Shown here: one piece after another, positions 20,696-32,251 of the stretch
Position numbering within the stretch: the first letter of the stretch is position 1
Layout: each line of letters starts with the position of its first letter
Origin: Savitreella phatthalungensis
Taxonomy: Eukaryota
Direction of reading: 5' to 3'
Assembly: GCA_051599415.1 (NCBI GenBank)
Contig: AP039695.1
Span: forward strand, 1 to 64,000
Length of the DNA stretch: 64,000 nt
The notes under the pieces: generated by a model
Seen by the model: only the letters and a program-made list of their open reading frames with translations
Told to the model about the DNA's origin: nothing
Database searches by the model: none
Made by a program: the position numbers and the translations under genes

Positions 20696-21235
20696 GGATA
20701 TCAATTCCACATATGATCGAATCGCAAACCTGCGCAGCGTGAGCAGGTCCGATCTCGCCGCTGTTTTGCTGCATTCAATTCTCCTCCACAGGTATGCTAG
20801 ATACTGTGGCGGCTCGAATGCGACGCTAGCTCGCGCTACATCCTACCAGCGATGAAGCTGACGAAACACTGTCGACCGCGGTCGGTGAGGCGGCCCTCTC
20901 TGAGTCGACGAAGTGCACAAACGAGTCATGCTTCGACATCTGTGCAAAGTATTTGCGTACATACAATCACATATATGCTGTTCGTATTGCCCGAGGTGGT
21001 GTTCGTACTACCCAATTATTTTGATTGAGCAATATGACCTCACTTTGACGACGCCCGCGTGCTTGAAAAATCCCCGCCGGAAGACTTGGAAAGATTGCTG
21101 TAGTATAATAAGGTACGTCATACATGGCTAAAGCCCAATACAAGCCATCTGGACGGGTCTCCCCATCGTTCTAGATCTTGCGCGCCTCTCAACAGTCAGC
21201 GGGCTTGCCTGTCTTCAAGATCACGCACGACCAGC

Positions 21236-24049
21236 ATGACATTGCGCGCATTGGTCCACAGGCTCGTTCCAGTTCAGCACATCAATGGTCAAAAGGACGA
21301 AATAAACAGAGTGAAGCCGGAAGTCTTTCGCCAGAAGGAAGCACAAGCGAAGCGTAGCGACTATGAGTGGCAGCAGCAACACGAATTCGCGCTTCGACAT
21401 CGTCAGCTCGAGAGAATTCGCCAGGACGAGTGTGAGGAGTTGAAAGAGCGGTTCGGATTTTTAAACGTCGATGGCACAGATGACCTCCGCTTCTCGGGCT
21501 GCCAGCGAGTTCGCCTCCTGGACCTACTGCAGGCGCCTGAAGCTTCCACTTGCTCGGAAGTCTATCTGCAGTGCCGGATTCATCAAATCCGGAGGATGAG
21601 CAGCAAGCTTGTGTTCTTGATTCTCCGACAGCAAATCGATACCATACAGGCTGTGATGAAGATCGATTCCGCTCAGGCCGGCATCTCGACGACATTCGTG
21701 CGTTGGGCAGAGCACATTCCCATTGAGGCAATTGTGCTCGTGCGCGGAAAGCTGTCTGCACCAAGACAGCCAGTTGAAGGGACAACAATCCACTCCTATG
21801 AGCTTCAAATTTCTCACATGTACCTGGTCTCAAGTCTGACCAAAGAACTACCCTTTTCCGTTCAGCAGTCATCCTTGGGAAGCAGACAGGAAGCAGGACC
21901 AGGCATATCGCAACGGACCCTGCTCGGAGATTCTAATCGCATTGTCCATCTTCGATCTCCAGCCGCAAAGATTATCATGCAAGTCCAGTCTGCGATCTGC
22001 AACCTTTTTCGCAGCTACCTAGATGAACATAGGTTTCTCGAGATACACACCCCCAAGCTGCAACGGGGAGCGACAGAGTCTGGTTCCTCTGTCTTCAAGG
22101 TCAATTATTTCGGACGCACGGCTTTCCTTGCTCAGTCGCCGCAGCTGTGTAAGCAGATGTCTATCTCGGCGGACTTCGACCGAGTGTACGAGATTGGCCC
22201 AGTATTTCGGGCGGAGAACTCGAACACACACCGTCACCTCACTGAATATGTCGGTCTCGATATTGAGATGGCTCTCGAGAACGACTACTACGAGATGATG
22301 CGCATTGTCGATGGCATGCTAAAGCATGTCTTTAAAGGCATATATGAGCGCTTCGGACGTGAGCTCGATTTGCTTGAGCAGGTATTTCCGCACCAGAAGC
22401 TGCTGTGGCTAGAAGAGACGCCCATCCTGCGTTTTGATGAAGCAATTCAGATGCTGCTAGATAGTGGCTGGAAGCATGAGGACGGTTCTGTGCCTAGCAA
22501 GAACGAAGACATGGCAACGCAAGACGAAATTCGCCTTGGCGAGCTTGTACGGAAGCGATATAACACAGATTACTACATCATCGACAAGTTTCCAGCATCT
22601 GCTAGGCCATTTTACACTATGCCCGATGCATCAGACCGAACGTTTACGAATTCATTCGACATCTTTGTACGTGGTCAGGAGATCACTACGGGCGGGCAGC
22701 GAATCCACGATGCATCAATGTTGGAAGAGCGTCTCATCAGACAAGGCATAAGCCTAGACGGTATGCAGGAGTATCTGGACGGCTTTCGATGGGCTGCACC
22801 TCCGCATGCAGGTGCAGGCATCGGGTTGGAGCGTCTAGTCATGCTGCTCTTAAATCTTGGGGATATTCGCCACGCGTCATTATTTTACCGCGATCCGAAA
22901 TCACTGCCTGCACCTGGGAAGAGATTTCAGCTGCGCCATCCGGAGGCTTCAACGCTCCATCCGGTGTGGCAGCGTGACGATGCAACAGAACCAAAAGCTG
23001 TTGAGCTGGGTGAGGAAGCAGAACACACACAGGAAGCTCGTAGGTGCGCGAACGAGTCGGAGCTCCCGCTTCTAGAAGACCTCATTGCAAACTATGGCGA
23101 TGCCGCAAATACGACGTGGTTGGACGATCGCTACAAGGTATGGCGGGATCTCAAGTCGGGTGCGGCGGTAGGCTATGTGCCATCGAAAGGTTACGCTATC
23201 ATTGTTGGCGCTCCTCTGTGCGATTCGACGCAATACGGTCGTGTGATTGCAGACTTTCTCGATGAGCTACAGCACAAAGTCAAGCTGAGTCCTATCTGGA
23301 TAATGGTTTCCGAGGAAGTTGAGCAACTCCTTGGTGTACGATTTGGCTGGTCCACGCTGACATGTATTGCTGACGAGCGAGCGGATCTTCGTGACAACAA
23401 AGCGCTTCATGCAAAGGACGTCCAGCGCAAACTTCGCCATGCCAAATCATCCGGGCTCAAAGTAATTATTATACCGGAAGGCGAACCGGTTTCAGAGGAG
23501 CTGCAGCACAAATTGCGCAAAAGAATGGATGACTGGAAGCAGAGTCGCACAGGCCGACAAATTCATCTCACAGAGCTCAATCCCTTTCGTGATCATCGTC
23601 ATCGACGCTATTTGTTGGCTGAAAGCACGCAAGACGGCAAGATACATGGACTCGTTGTGCTAGCACAATTGTCCATGGAACACGGATTCCAGGTGAAGTA
23701 CTCACTGGACTTTCCTGAGGCTCCGTCTGGCACAATCGAATTGCTAAACGTGGAGGCACTCCAGCTTGCCGCCTCTTCAGGAGCGACTACCGTAACTTTC
23801 GGCGTCGAGGCAAGCGAGTTCCACGCCGGTCACAATCTTTCCGGAATTCGTGTGAAAATGCTTTCGAAGTCGTTTAACTCAATATCTAAACAATTCAGAC
23901 TGCGCCAGAAGGGAGATTTCCGCCGTAAGCTCGGAGGTGATCAAGACGGTAACGAATCTTACGTATGCTATCCTCGCCACTCTTTGGGCACAGGCGGAGT
24001 TCGCGCTCTCCTGCATATGCTTGGCGATCAGGAGGAAGAGACTCAATAG
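21236..24049 (+). CDS. erdS: Aspartyl-tRNA synthetase-DUF2156 fusion; ErdS-type sterol-aspartate synthase
   Basis: OB-fold and class IIb motifs (EIHTPKL, AQSPQLCKQ, FRAENSNTHRHLTEY, PPHAGAGIGLERL, RDPK), followed in frame by a ~330-aa C-terminal domain (LEDLIANYGDA..W.DDRY..GAPLC..FQVKYSLDFP..PSGTIE..FR.KLG..YVCYP) that I recognise as DUF2156/GNAT-like. Confidence 0.88.
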   Translation: MTLRALVHRLVPVQHINGQKDEINRVKPEVFRQKEAQAKRSDYEWQQQHEFALRHRQLERIRQDECEELKERFGFLNVDGTDDLRFSGCQRVRLLDLLQAPEASTCSEVYLQCRIHQIRRMSSKLVFLILRQQIDTIQAVMKIDSAQAGISTTFVRWAEHIPIEAIVLVRGKLSAPRQPVEGTTIHSYELQISHMYLVSSLTKELPFSVQQSSLGSRQEAGPGISQRTLLGDSNRIVHLRSPAAKIIMQVQSAICNLFRSYLDEHRFLEIHTPKLQRGATESGSSVFKVNYFGRTAFLAQSPQLCKQMSISADFDRVYEIGPVFRAENSNTHRHLTEYVGLDIEMALENDYYEMMRIVDGMLKHVFKGIYERFGRELDLLEQVFPHQKLLWLEETPILRFDEAIQMLLDSGWKHEDGSVPSKNEDMATQDEIRLGELVRKRYNTDYYIIDKFPASARPFYTMPDASDRTFTNSFDIFVRGQEITTGGQRIHDASMLEERLIRQGISLDGMQEYLDGFRWAAPPHAGAGIGLERLVMLLLNLGDIRHASLFYRDPKSLPAPGKRFQLRHPEASTLHPVWQRDDATEPKAVELGEEAEHTQEARRCANESELPLLEDLIANYGDAANTTWLDDRYKVWRDLKSGAAVGYVPSKGYAIIVGAPLCDSTQYGRVIADFLDELQHKVKLSPIWIMVSEEVEQLLGVRFGWSTLTCIADERADLRDNKALHAKDVQRKLRHAKSSGLKVIIIPEGEPVSEELQHKLRKRMDDWKQSRTGRQIHLTELNPFRDHRHRRYLLAESTQDGKIHGLVVLAQLSMEHGFQVKYSLDFPEAPSGTIELLNVEALQLAASSGATTVTFGVEASEFHAGHNLSGIRVKMLSKSFNSISKQFRLRQKGDFRRKLGGDQDGNESYVCYPRHSLGTGGVRALLHMLGDQEEETQ

Positions 24050-25044
24050 TTCTTTCGCGTTTTGAATGGAGCCGTAGATTCGTCAATGATGATTTTATCC
24101 ATAACGCTCAGATTCGGGGCCACTCTGTGAGTCCAAGTGGTCCCGAATGACAGCCAGGGTGTACACTTACATTTGGGAGCTTTGCAGTCACAATCGTTTA
24201 AATTGTTTTGTAGCACAAACCAGCGCAGTGCTATTCATCCGGTTTCTTTGAGATCTTCGACCGGCGTCTTGCCTGCAAATCTGCTGAGTTAGAATGTGTT
24301 CCGCCTGCGGAACTCAACACTCGACTCGCTCTGAATCGGCACGTAGCACTTGGCATGACGCCCTGCTCGATGAGCTCCATCTACCGGCTAGCTACACTTT
24401 CGACTGGAGCACAAGCTCGGCTTCGTGATCATGTCTTGGAAAGCTCGCAGCAGACACGTGCAGATCTCGCACTGGTGTGCCTATAGGCACATGTATGGTA
24501 TATCTACAACGTCATTCTTGGATCACTTGCGTGGACACAAATCGTGGCGCACCATGCTCGTGATAGACATCTATTGAGACATCGGAGCATTGGGATCTGA
24601 AGATCCAGAGATTGAGATCGAGACGATTCGAGTCGTGAACAGGTGAATCATAATTAAAGTAAGAACTCATGCATATTACAGAGAGCTCGCAGACAGGCGC
24701 AGGGATAATTTGAACGAACGCATCTCGCTGCACATTCAGCCATGAGTCTCGTTTGAGCCTCATTTGAACATGCGTATTTGAGTATTATACTGTGATCGTT
24801 GAAATGGTAGGAGGTCGTGCTCCAACACGCCGGCCATTCTGTCGAATGGAGAGTGAAGCGCTTTCATTGAAGGCTTTGCTTATTGTATCTCATACTTCTT
24901 CATGTTGCGACATAGTCTGACGGAGGCTCACTGATGTATCGTCTAGCCGCAGGGTCCAGGAGAATGTTCGTTTGATAAGTGCTGTGAAATTTTGAGGCGA
25001 GTCGGAGGCGCGCACGTTGCTCAATGGTCATTGCCGCGGCCTGC

Positions 25045-27957
25045 TCAGTCAAGCAGGCTTGCGAAGCTCTCGCCAAGTAGAGACACATCGATCACTTGCA
25101 TGGCTGCTCTGACGAAGACACGGAAGCGTGTCGCGCAAACCGGGTCCTCTGCATGGAGTTGCTGCCGTCGAGCGATTTCGGCACTGCTGTCATCAATCCC
25201 ATCCTCAACTGCCTGAAGGGCAGTATCGTCCGGCCAAAACACGCGGTCTTCGCCCGCCTGGCTCTGCACCTCTGCAAGCACGTGCGACCAGAGGAAACCG
25301 AGCGAAGCAATGACCTTCGCATCGGCTTTGATAATCTGATCGGTGCTGTCGAGCACGAGCACGGTGGCAGCCATCGCGACCAGCTTTCGATGCTTCGGAT
25401 GTGACAAACTGTCGAATTTTTCGGTCATGTGCTCTACCATCCGCGCGGGCGACAATCGATGACTCGAATCCGGTTCCCAGGCAGTTGTCACCGCTTTGGC
25501 ATCTGTGATGAGCAGGCGAGCCAGGACCAACATCCGACAAACTTCCACAATTACACTGTCGTCGGTCTGAAGTGCCGCAAAGATAACAGATCTGATAGAC
25601 GCAGGGTCCCATGCCGGAAGCCCGCATGTGATAATGACTGTGTCAAGCGCTTTGGCGACATGAGATATGGCTGCGGCCTCAAAGCCACCTAGCAAGACGA
25701 CTAATTGCTCGATGAGCTTACAAGCTTGCCCATGCTGGCATAAAGCATCGCCAAGCAGTAAACAGCCAGATTCGGTGATGTAGAGCAGCTTGCGAAGGGA
25801 CTCACCCTGTGCCCGGAGACATTGCGGTTCAAGAACGATAGAAAATAGTTGGACGAGCGTTTCATCCGGCTCGGAAGCACTTTGCAAAAGAGCGTGTAGC
25901 AGTTCCAAGGCTTCTTCCATCAAATAGATGTGCTCAATGTTGCTGGCATTGGTTCCATGACGAATCAGTGGCGCGACGACCGGATAGCAGCACATGAGGA
26001 CGGATCGATCACTCTGAGACGTCACAATCCGGGTAAGAAGGCCGAGCATAGCGACGGCTAGCAGCTGCTCGTCTCTAGCTTCGTCCCATTGTTGCTGGAT
26101 GATAGATAAGACCCCTTCAACCTCGTCCTTCACAAAATTTCGTGACCGCTCAAAGATTAATCCGAGACCGGAGATAATCTTCATTTTGGTCTCCTGATGC
26201 TCGGCAAGCGATAGAAGCCTTGCAAGAGAGCGTGCGTAATGGGCTGCGAACGGTCTGAATGAGTCTAGTTGCCAGTCCCAATCGTCGAGAAATGCATGAA
26301 CGTTAGAACCAGCGGCGAGCGCAACTCCGTCTTCTTGTGAGGCCAGCTCGTTAGCAATGATAGCATATACGAATGGCCTCGCTTGCTCACTACACTTGAC
26401 CGAGAACCATTGCGCCAAGAGTATGGACACACGACGGCGAACGATTGCAGGGAGGTGCTTGTTGGTAGTATCACGCTCGAGGTGAGGGATAAAGGCCTCG
26501 AAATCAAAGTGCTCGTCAAGATGTTGTGCCGATATGCCGAGCGCGCTATAGAGAGCCTCTTTGATCAGAACTTCCTGACCGATAGTCGAATCCTTATATT
26601 GGGCCAATACTTCGAGCAGGGGCTGGGTCAGCTGTCGCTTGTACGTTGAGAAGAGGTCTTCAAATACACGTTCCGCACACGGCCGCACCTCGTATTGCCA
26701 GTGCGATGCTTCCTGAGACAGCATCCATCCCTCGGGATCATTCTCCCAATCGCCGAAATCTTCGGCCTTGAGGACGAAGAATTTGATGATAAGGTTTTCC
26801 AGCATTTGAGTCAACGAGTCCGGCGCAAAGAGACTGTTCCCGAGGAGGCTAAGGGCACAGCGAATTTCTTCTGTCGCTTCGCTGTTGATCAGGCGCATCG
26901 ATACGCTGGGCATAGCGACGAGCTTTAGACAAGACTTGACGAGCTGCATACCTTGGAGGACGACTTTGCGGATACAGCCATGGTTGCGACTCGAGACCTC
27001 AGCGGCAGCAACAACCACAGCCCAGTAGCGCCGCACTAGCTCCATTGAGCCCGGCATGAGCACGAAATTAGGATTCGTCGCGATGCTCTCAAGTGCCGAG
27101 TTCGATGCGAGCTCAAGAAACAATTTGCCATGATGAACAATGTGTCTTCTGAGGAGTTCGTCGCGAGCTCGAGGATCAATGTTGCGCATCTCAAGACCAG
27201 AAACGATATTCCAGACGCGGTCAAAGTCCGAGCACAAGCGAGTAAATAGTCGACGACACAATTCGTCCTGATATGGTAATTCGTATCCGGAGCAAATAAG
27301 GCGACGGGCCGTCTTGATCGCAAGATCTGCGACAAGGATCGTGGCTATTGTGCAGCTTTCAAAGTGTTCTAACACTTGCTCCTCGAAGGCATCATATGCT
27401 ACAGCAACAATCCTCAGAAGCTCTGGGGCAGTCTGCTGAAAATGCTCTCGTGCACGCGGTAGGCGCACGCTGACGAGCGACTTGACGACTTGCAACAGCA
27501 GTCGCAGGACACGCACCAAAGTTTCTTCGTCAGTTCGCGCCGCGTCGATGCGCGACGCGATGTCGCGAAACAAGCCGGCCCAGCTTGTCGGATAATCGAT
27601 TCTCGCCACGCGTGCGGTCGCAACAAACAGCTGCGCGGCAACCCTGTCTGGAACCGTCTCTCGATCGCAACCATCAAGAAGGCGGGCACGGATTCGCTCT
27701 TTTTCTTCGTCCGAAAGTGCCGTCCGGGATGATTTGCGCCAATGTTTATCAATGCCATTCTTCAGTTGTATACTTGCCTGTAAACGAGTCGTCTCGGCGA
27801 TTTGCGGTGTCAAAGCAATCTGCAGCAAAAGTCCATAGTAGCCTGGGAGCTCTGTCTCTGCTCGCTCTAGCAAGATTCGTGTGCTCTGGGAAGCAAATTG
27901 GTCTGATAGCAAAGAGCTCAGTTCAGCAAGCTGTGCGTCGACTGACATCTCAGCCAT
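25045..27957 (-). CDS. Importin-beta family karyopherin, importin-11/Kap120-like
   Basis: IBN_N-type RLQASIQLKNGIDKHWR, ARIDYP..W, WENDPEGW..RPCAE and KEALY; helical repeats over 970 aa. Confidence 0.87.
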   Translation of the reverse strand: MAEMSVDAQLAELSSLLSDQFASQSTRILLERAETELPGYYGLLLQIALTPQIAETTRLQASIQLKNGIDKHWRKSSRTALSDEEKERIRARLLDGCDRETVPDRVAAQLFVATARVARIDYPTSWAGLFRDIASRIDAARTDEETLVRVLRLLLQVVKSLVSVRLPRAREHFQQTAPELLRIVAVAYDAFEEQVLEHFESCTIATILVADLAIKTARRLICSGYELPYQDELCRRLFTRLCSDFDRVWNIVSGLEMRNIDPRARDELLRRHIVHHGKLFLELASNSALESIATNPNFVLMPGSMELVRRYWAVVVAAAEVSSRNHGCIRKVVLQGMQLVKSCLKLVAMPSVSMRLINSEATEEIRCALSLLGNSLFAPDSLTQMLENLIIKFFVLKAEDFGDWENDPEGWMLSQEASHWQYEVRPCAERVFEDLFSTYKRQLTQPLLEVLAQYKDSTIGQEVLIKEALYSALGISAQHLDEHFDFEAFIPHLERDTTNKHLPAIVRRRVSILLAQWFSVKCSEQARPFVYAIIANELASQEDGVALAAGSNVHAFLDDWDWQLDSFRPFAAHYARSLARLLSLAEHQETKMKIISGLGLIFERSRNFVKDEVEGVLSIIQQQWDEARDEQLLAVAMLGLLTRIVTSQSDRSVLMCCYPVVAPLIRHGTNASNIEHIYLMEEALELLHALLQSASEPDETLVQLFSIVLEPQCLRAQGESLRKLLYITESGCLLLGDALCQHGQACKLIEQLVVLLGGFEAAAISHVAKALDTVIITCGLPAWDPASIRSVIFAALQTDDSVIVEVCRMLVLARLLITDAKAVTTAWEPDSSHRLSPARMVEHMTEKFDSLSHPKHRKLVAMAATVLVLDSTDQIIKADAKVIASLGFLWSHVLAEVQSQAGEDRVFWPDDTALQAVEDGIDDSSAEIARRQQLHAEDPVCATRFRVFVRAAMQVIDVSLLGESFASLLD

Positions 27958-28482
27958 GAGCGGTTGTTCTAGATAACCTAGAAAGCAACACTCATTCCTG
28001 AAAATTTAGTTCAGGCAACTGTCGCCGGTTTGTGACGAGGTATGTCAGTAATTCATCGTCCTACATGATCTTATCACCCTGCATGCTGATGAATGCGGCA
28101 TGGGCTTCATGTTGTACGAACGTTACATGTTGCATGCATGATCGATGGATGAAGGCCATAAAAAGACGTCAATTAGTTTATCTATTTTTTGCGTATGCTA
28201 CACCTATTTAAATGATATAGTGCACGCGTCAGAGTGCTATCGAGTTTCCTAAACTCGAAAGTTCGATTCAACGCACGCCAACTAATTTTGCTGCAAAGAG
28301 CATGGCCGCTGATGTCGGCAAGTAAGCACAAACCTGGTGCTGCAAGGTCAAAGAGCCAGAAGGACAGGGCAGACAAAAGGCAAATGATATAGCTCGTCTT
28401 GCGAGATGTGACAAGTGAAATGCTCATGATCCGTATACATATCGCGCCTAGGGACGATCGTGCAGTCGAGAAAGCACAGCTC

Positions 28483-30722
28483 CTATGCGGCCAAAGGATT
28501 CTTGCGACGGCCAAGCAAAGTTGCATTGTCCATGTTCAGCTCAAATCCGCCTTTTTTGCGCGCCCCGCCAGATGCAGTGGCGATCGAAGCAGCTCCGCCG
28601 GCACGTCGTTTCCTCTCGGCTACAGCGCCGTTGCCAATCGACGTATTCTGCAGCTGTCCTGCCACGCCCGCCACGCCATCGCTCTTGCCTGGCTGCCTAT
28701 TGCCAACGACGGACTGAGCATCGGCCATGATTTCGTCCTCCTCTTCTTCGTCCATCGCATTGAGATCCGCTAGCCGATAGTTTGCGTGCTTAGTATTCTT
28801 TTTGCGGTTGGACTCCTCCTCTTGACGATGTACAGCGTACGTGACGTCAAATACTTCTCGCAGCGCCACCATGCCGGGCGAGCGGAAGTCACGCTTTGTA
28901 CCACCAGGTGTTCGCATACCGGCCTCTGTGAAGCGCCCACCAGGGGTTTGGGCGGGATAGTTCACGTCCATGAATTCTGCCGGTGTTTGAGCAGCCAAAC
29001 CTGTCGGTGGTGCGTCCGAAGCCGGCTGTGTCTCTTCGTTCGTTTCACGAATCCATGGGTGAGCCAGAAATTCATCGATAGTGTACCGCTGGTCCGGATC
29101 CACTGTCAGAAGATGCGAGATCAGGTCTTGCGCCGATTTCGAGATCTCGTCCCACCACGGACTCAGGAAAGTGTATTGACCCCGCGCGACTTTTTCCGTT
29201 AATGCCTGAATGCTCTCGTCATAAAACGGCGGAAAGCCACATAGCAGTGTATAAAGCACGCAACCAAGAGCCCACATGTCGACGGACTTGGAGTAGCGCT
29301 CGTCTTTGACAATCTCGGGGGCTGTGTAGCCAACAGTGCCGCAAGGCGTCATCGTCTGCGCATCCCAAACCACTTTGGACAAGCCGAAGTCTGCCAATTT
29401 GATCACGCCAATGCCACCCGCGCCTTTGCCGGCGACAAACTCGCCTTCATCCTCCTTGTCCTCGTCTTCACCTGTTCGTACGACGGGGACGCGAGAAGGT
29501 ACGAACTCTATAGGCTCAAATAAGAGATTTTCCGGCTTGATATCGCGATGCACAACGCCCTTTTCTTCGTGCAGATAGCGAATCGACCGTGCGACCTGCG
29601 TGATGACATGTCGTGATAGATCCTCCGAGAAATAGGTGAGGCGTACGATCTGATGAAAGAGCTCGCCCCCCTCGCAGAGCTCAAGCACGAGAAAATAGTA
29701 ATCTCTCGATTCCAAAAACTCATAGAGCTGAACAATGTGAGGATGGTCGAGATTCCGCATGATTTGCACCTCCTTGAGAATGCTTGCGCGCTGTTTAAAA
29801 GGTTAGCCGCCGCACAGAAAATGAAATGCCACAAGAGGCGTTCAGGACAACAAGCTCTTGTTGAACGAGATTGTAACCGTGTACGCGTGCGACTGTCGTG
29901 CTCTCATACCTCAATGCCCTTTGGTACCTTCTTCTTGATGTCCGGGTGGAGGTGCGAGTTTGCCTGCAAAGGAAGATTTGGTTGGCCTCTGTCAACGCAC
30001 ACTTCAGTAGGTGGCAGTTGCGCATCGTGGCATCGCAGCAGTCCAGAGGACGGTGCAGGCTTCCAGCTCGCTTGCAGCACTCAGCGCCTCCTATGGCACA
30101 ACTCGATCGAGGTGAGGCAGGAGGACGGAAAAGAGGCAGAAGAACACGCGGCCGGCTGCATCATCGCCTTGGCAGAGTCCAGCGATCAATCCACGATGCA
30201 CAAGCTGCAGCACCTGATCAGAATCAAACTTACCTGAGAAGAGTTGAGCTCATATTTGCGGACCACTTTGATGGCACAGACCTCGCCGGTTTCGCGATTC
30301 TGGGCTTTGTAAACGTTCGAAAATGCGCCGCTATTGAAAAGGATCAGTCAGTCGCTATATCTTGCAACGCATTTGCAGCGCAGGGTCACTTACTCTCCCA
30401 TTTTGACGATGAGCTTATATTTCTCCAGCCCAGGATAGTGCGGAAGCTTTCCTTTAGCTTCGCGTTCCTCAGCGACGATTCGAGCCGCCGCTTCGTCGTA
30501 CGCAGGCTGGTTCTTCTGCTGTTGCGCTGCAGCTGCAGCAGCAGCAGCAGCCTGCTCCTGAGCTACACGCTCTGCTTGTGCTTTGGCTTGCATTTCTCGA
30601 GCATGCTGTTCCCGTATGACTTTCTCAGCAGCTGCGGTATTGGTGTTGCCAGCGGCCGGCAAGTCCTGTCGGGCCTGTTTGCCATGGCGAATGAAGTTCT
30701 TGAAGCTCTCAATCACAGCCAT
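28483..30722 (-). CDS. MAPK-activated CaMK-family kinase Srk1/Rck2; exons 30722-30394, 30330-30234, 29963-29910, 29790-28483
   Basis: FKNFIRHGKQA N-terminus, spliced MGDGAFSNVY and AIKVVRK, HRDIKPENLL, acidic insert, ADFGLSK, TPCGTVGYTAPE and LREVFD. Canonical GT..AG boundaries read directly. Confidence 0.92.
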
Positions 30723-32251
30723 CTCACCTAGTTGAAGAGTGTGCCCTGACTGAGAATGTCCAGAGTTGTGATGCACAAGAGCTGGGAACGAGGATGCGAT
30801 TCAAGCTGACCAATGTTTGAATGTGGTTTCCGCTTGTCGTGTCGTACCGGTTCACAGAATGCTCTCTCCGGTAGCAATGCCTTGTCGCGATACTTCACAA
30901 GGAAGTGAATGTCTCGTCTTAGATTGTTGGTCTCGCAGGATGAGCTACTGTCCGATCGCAATCGCAACAGTAGGGTCGTTCATCCGATGATGCTGATCGA
31001 TGATGACGCTGGTGGAGTTGTGGTGTGCGATCAGAAGGGTAGGATGAGGTATAGCTAAGACAGGCCAGTGGGTCAGACGAATTTCTCTCTCAGCTTTTTG
31101 CATTTCAAAGCCCCTAGCGGCCGTGCATAATGAGGATCATTTTTTCCTGCATCATCTTAGATCCAGTCCACGGATCGCATGAAATTGAAGGCAGCAAAGA
31201 CATCTCAAGGCCAGGCGCCTGGATTTTCTGGCCCATAATGTATTGAACACCATGCGTGGCTTGACGTCGCCAATCACAACCTTGGGTAAAAATTGTTTAG
31301 TTGTCCAACCTACAGCCAGCAAGGAGTTTAGCACTAGCCGGCTTAGTCAATCGGCCACCCAAATTGACTGTTGTCATTGCCTTTACGCATAACTTGTCCG
31401 AACACGCATGTCGCAGGTGCTCACGGCTGATGCCTGCCTGGCTGCCTGCCCGGGCAGCACTTTCGGAGAGTGCGCATTTCTTGACTTTACATATATGCAT
31501 GACTATCGGGCTCTTTCGCTCAGTGCTGAAGCGCTACGATCATGTATTGCTTCACGGATGCTACCAGACTTTGAGATGAGGCGCCTCGGGCAATGACGCA
31601 TCATGTGTGTAATTTCGACTTACGATAGGTTGGACTATGAATGCATGCGCATGCAGAACGATGTTTTATCTTCGATCGGCTGATGACGTCGTTAAGAACA
31701 TAGGTCCCTGGTTTCATCTGATCAAATTTTGATACTATTGGAAACAACCATTATCGGTAGACTTTGAAAGTAGAGAAAATAATGTCTGATTAGCGACCGA
31801 TACTGACTTCTCAAGCGCTGAGACTGGGTAATTACAGCTTCGGCTGCCTGGCTGGAATCTTCCCGAAGCGCACACGTCTTTTGGTTAAATTTGGCGTCCG
31901 TATGCAGAGATTGTCCTGGAGTTCGTGGAATGCATTCGTGTGGTTCTAACATCACGTGATCTCGGCTGAGCACAACGAACATCGACAGATCGCGGATCAT
32001 ACAAACATAGACTGATAGGCTATACCTGATCAGGTATCGCGGCACTTGATGCCCGTGGCGGTCATCGCCTAGCTAGGTGAAGACAGGAATTTGACCTGGC
32101 CAATCTGACGGAATTGAGTCACGGATTGCACACCATAATAATCGACCTTAGAGATTGGACAACCTCGTCGTCTGCGTCCGTCGCCACACCTCGTCCCTAG
32201 GATCTGCATGGACTTTCACTTTTTGAGACTCGGGTTAGTGCGTCTTTTGTG

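Noticed and set aside
24165..24295. Minus-strand branch/acceptor and GTAAGT donor suggesting a hidden exon
   Set aside because: All three frames contain stops, so a gene cannot be supported without transcript data.
29898..30731. 277-aa plus-strand ORF
   Set aside because: Antisense shadow of the Srk1/Rck2 exons and introns.
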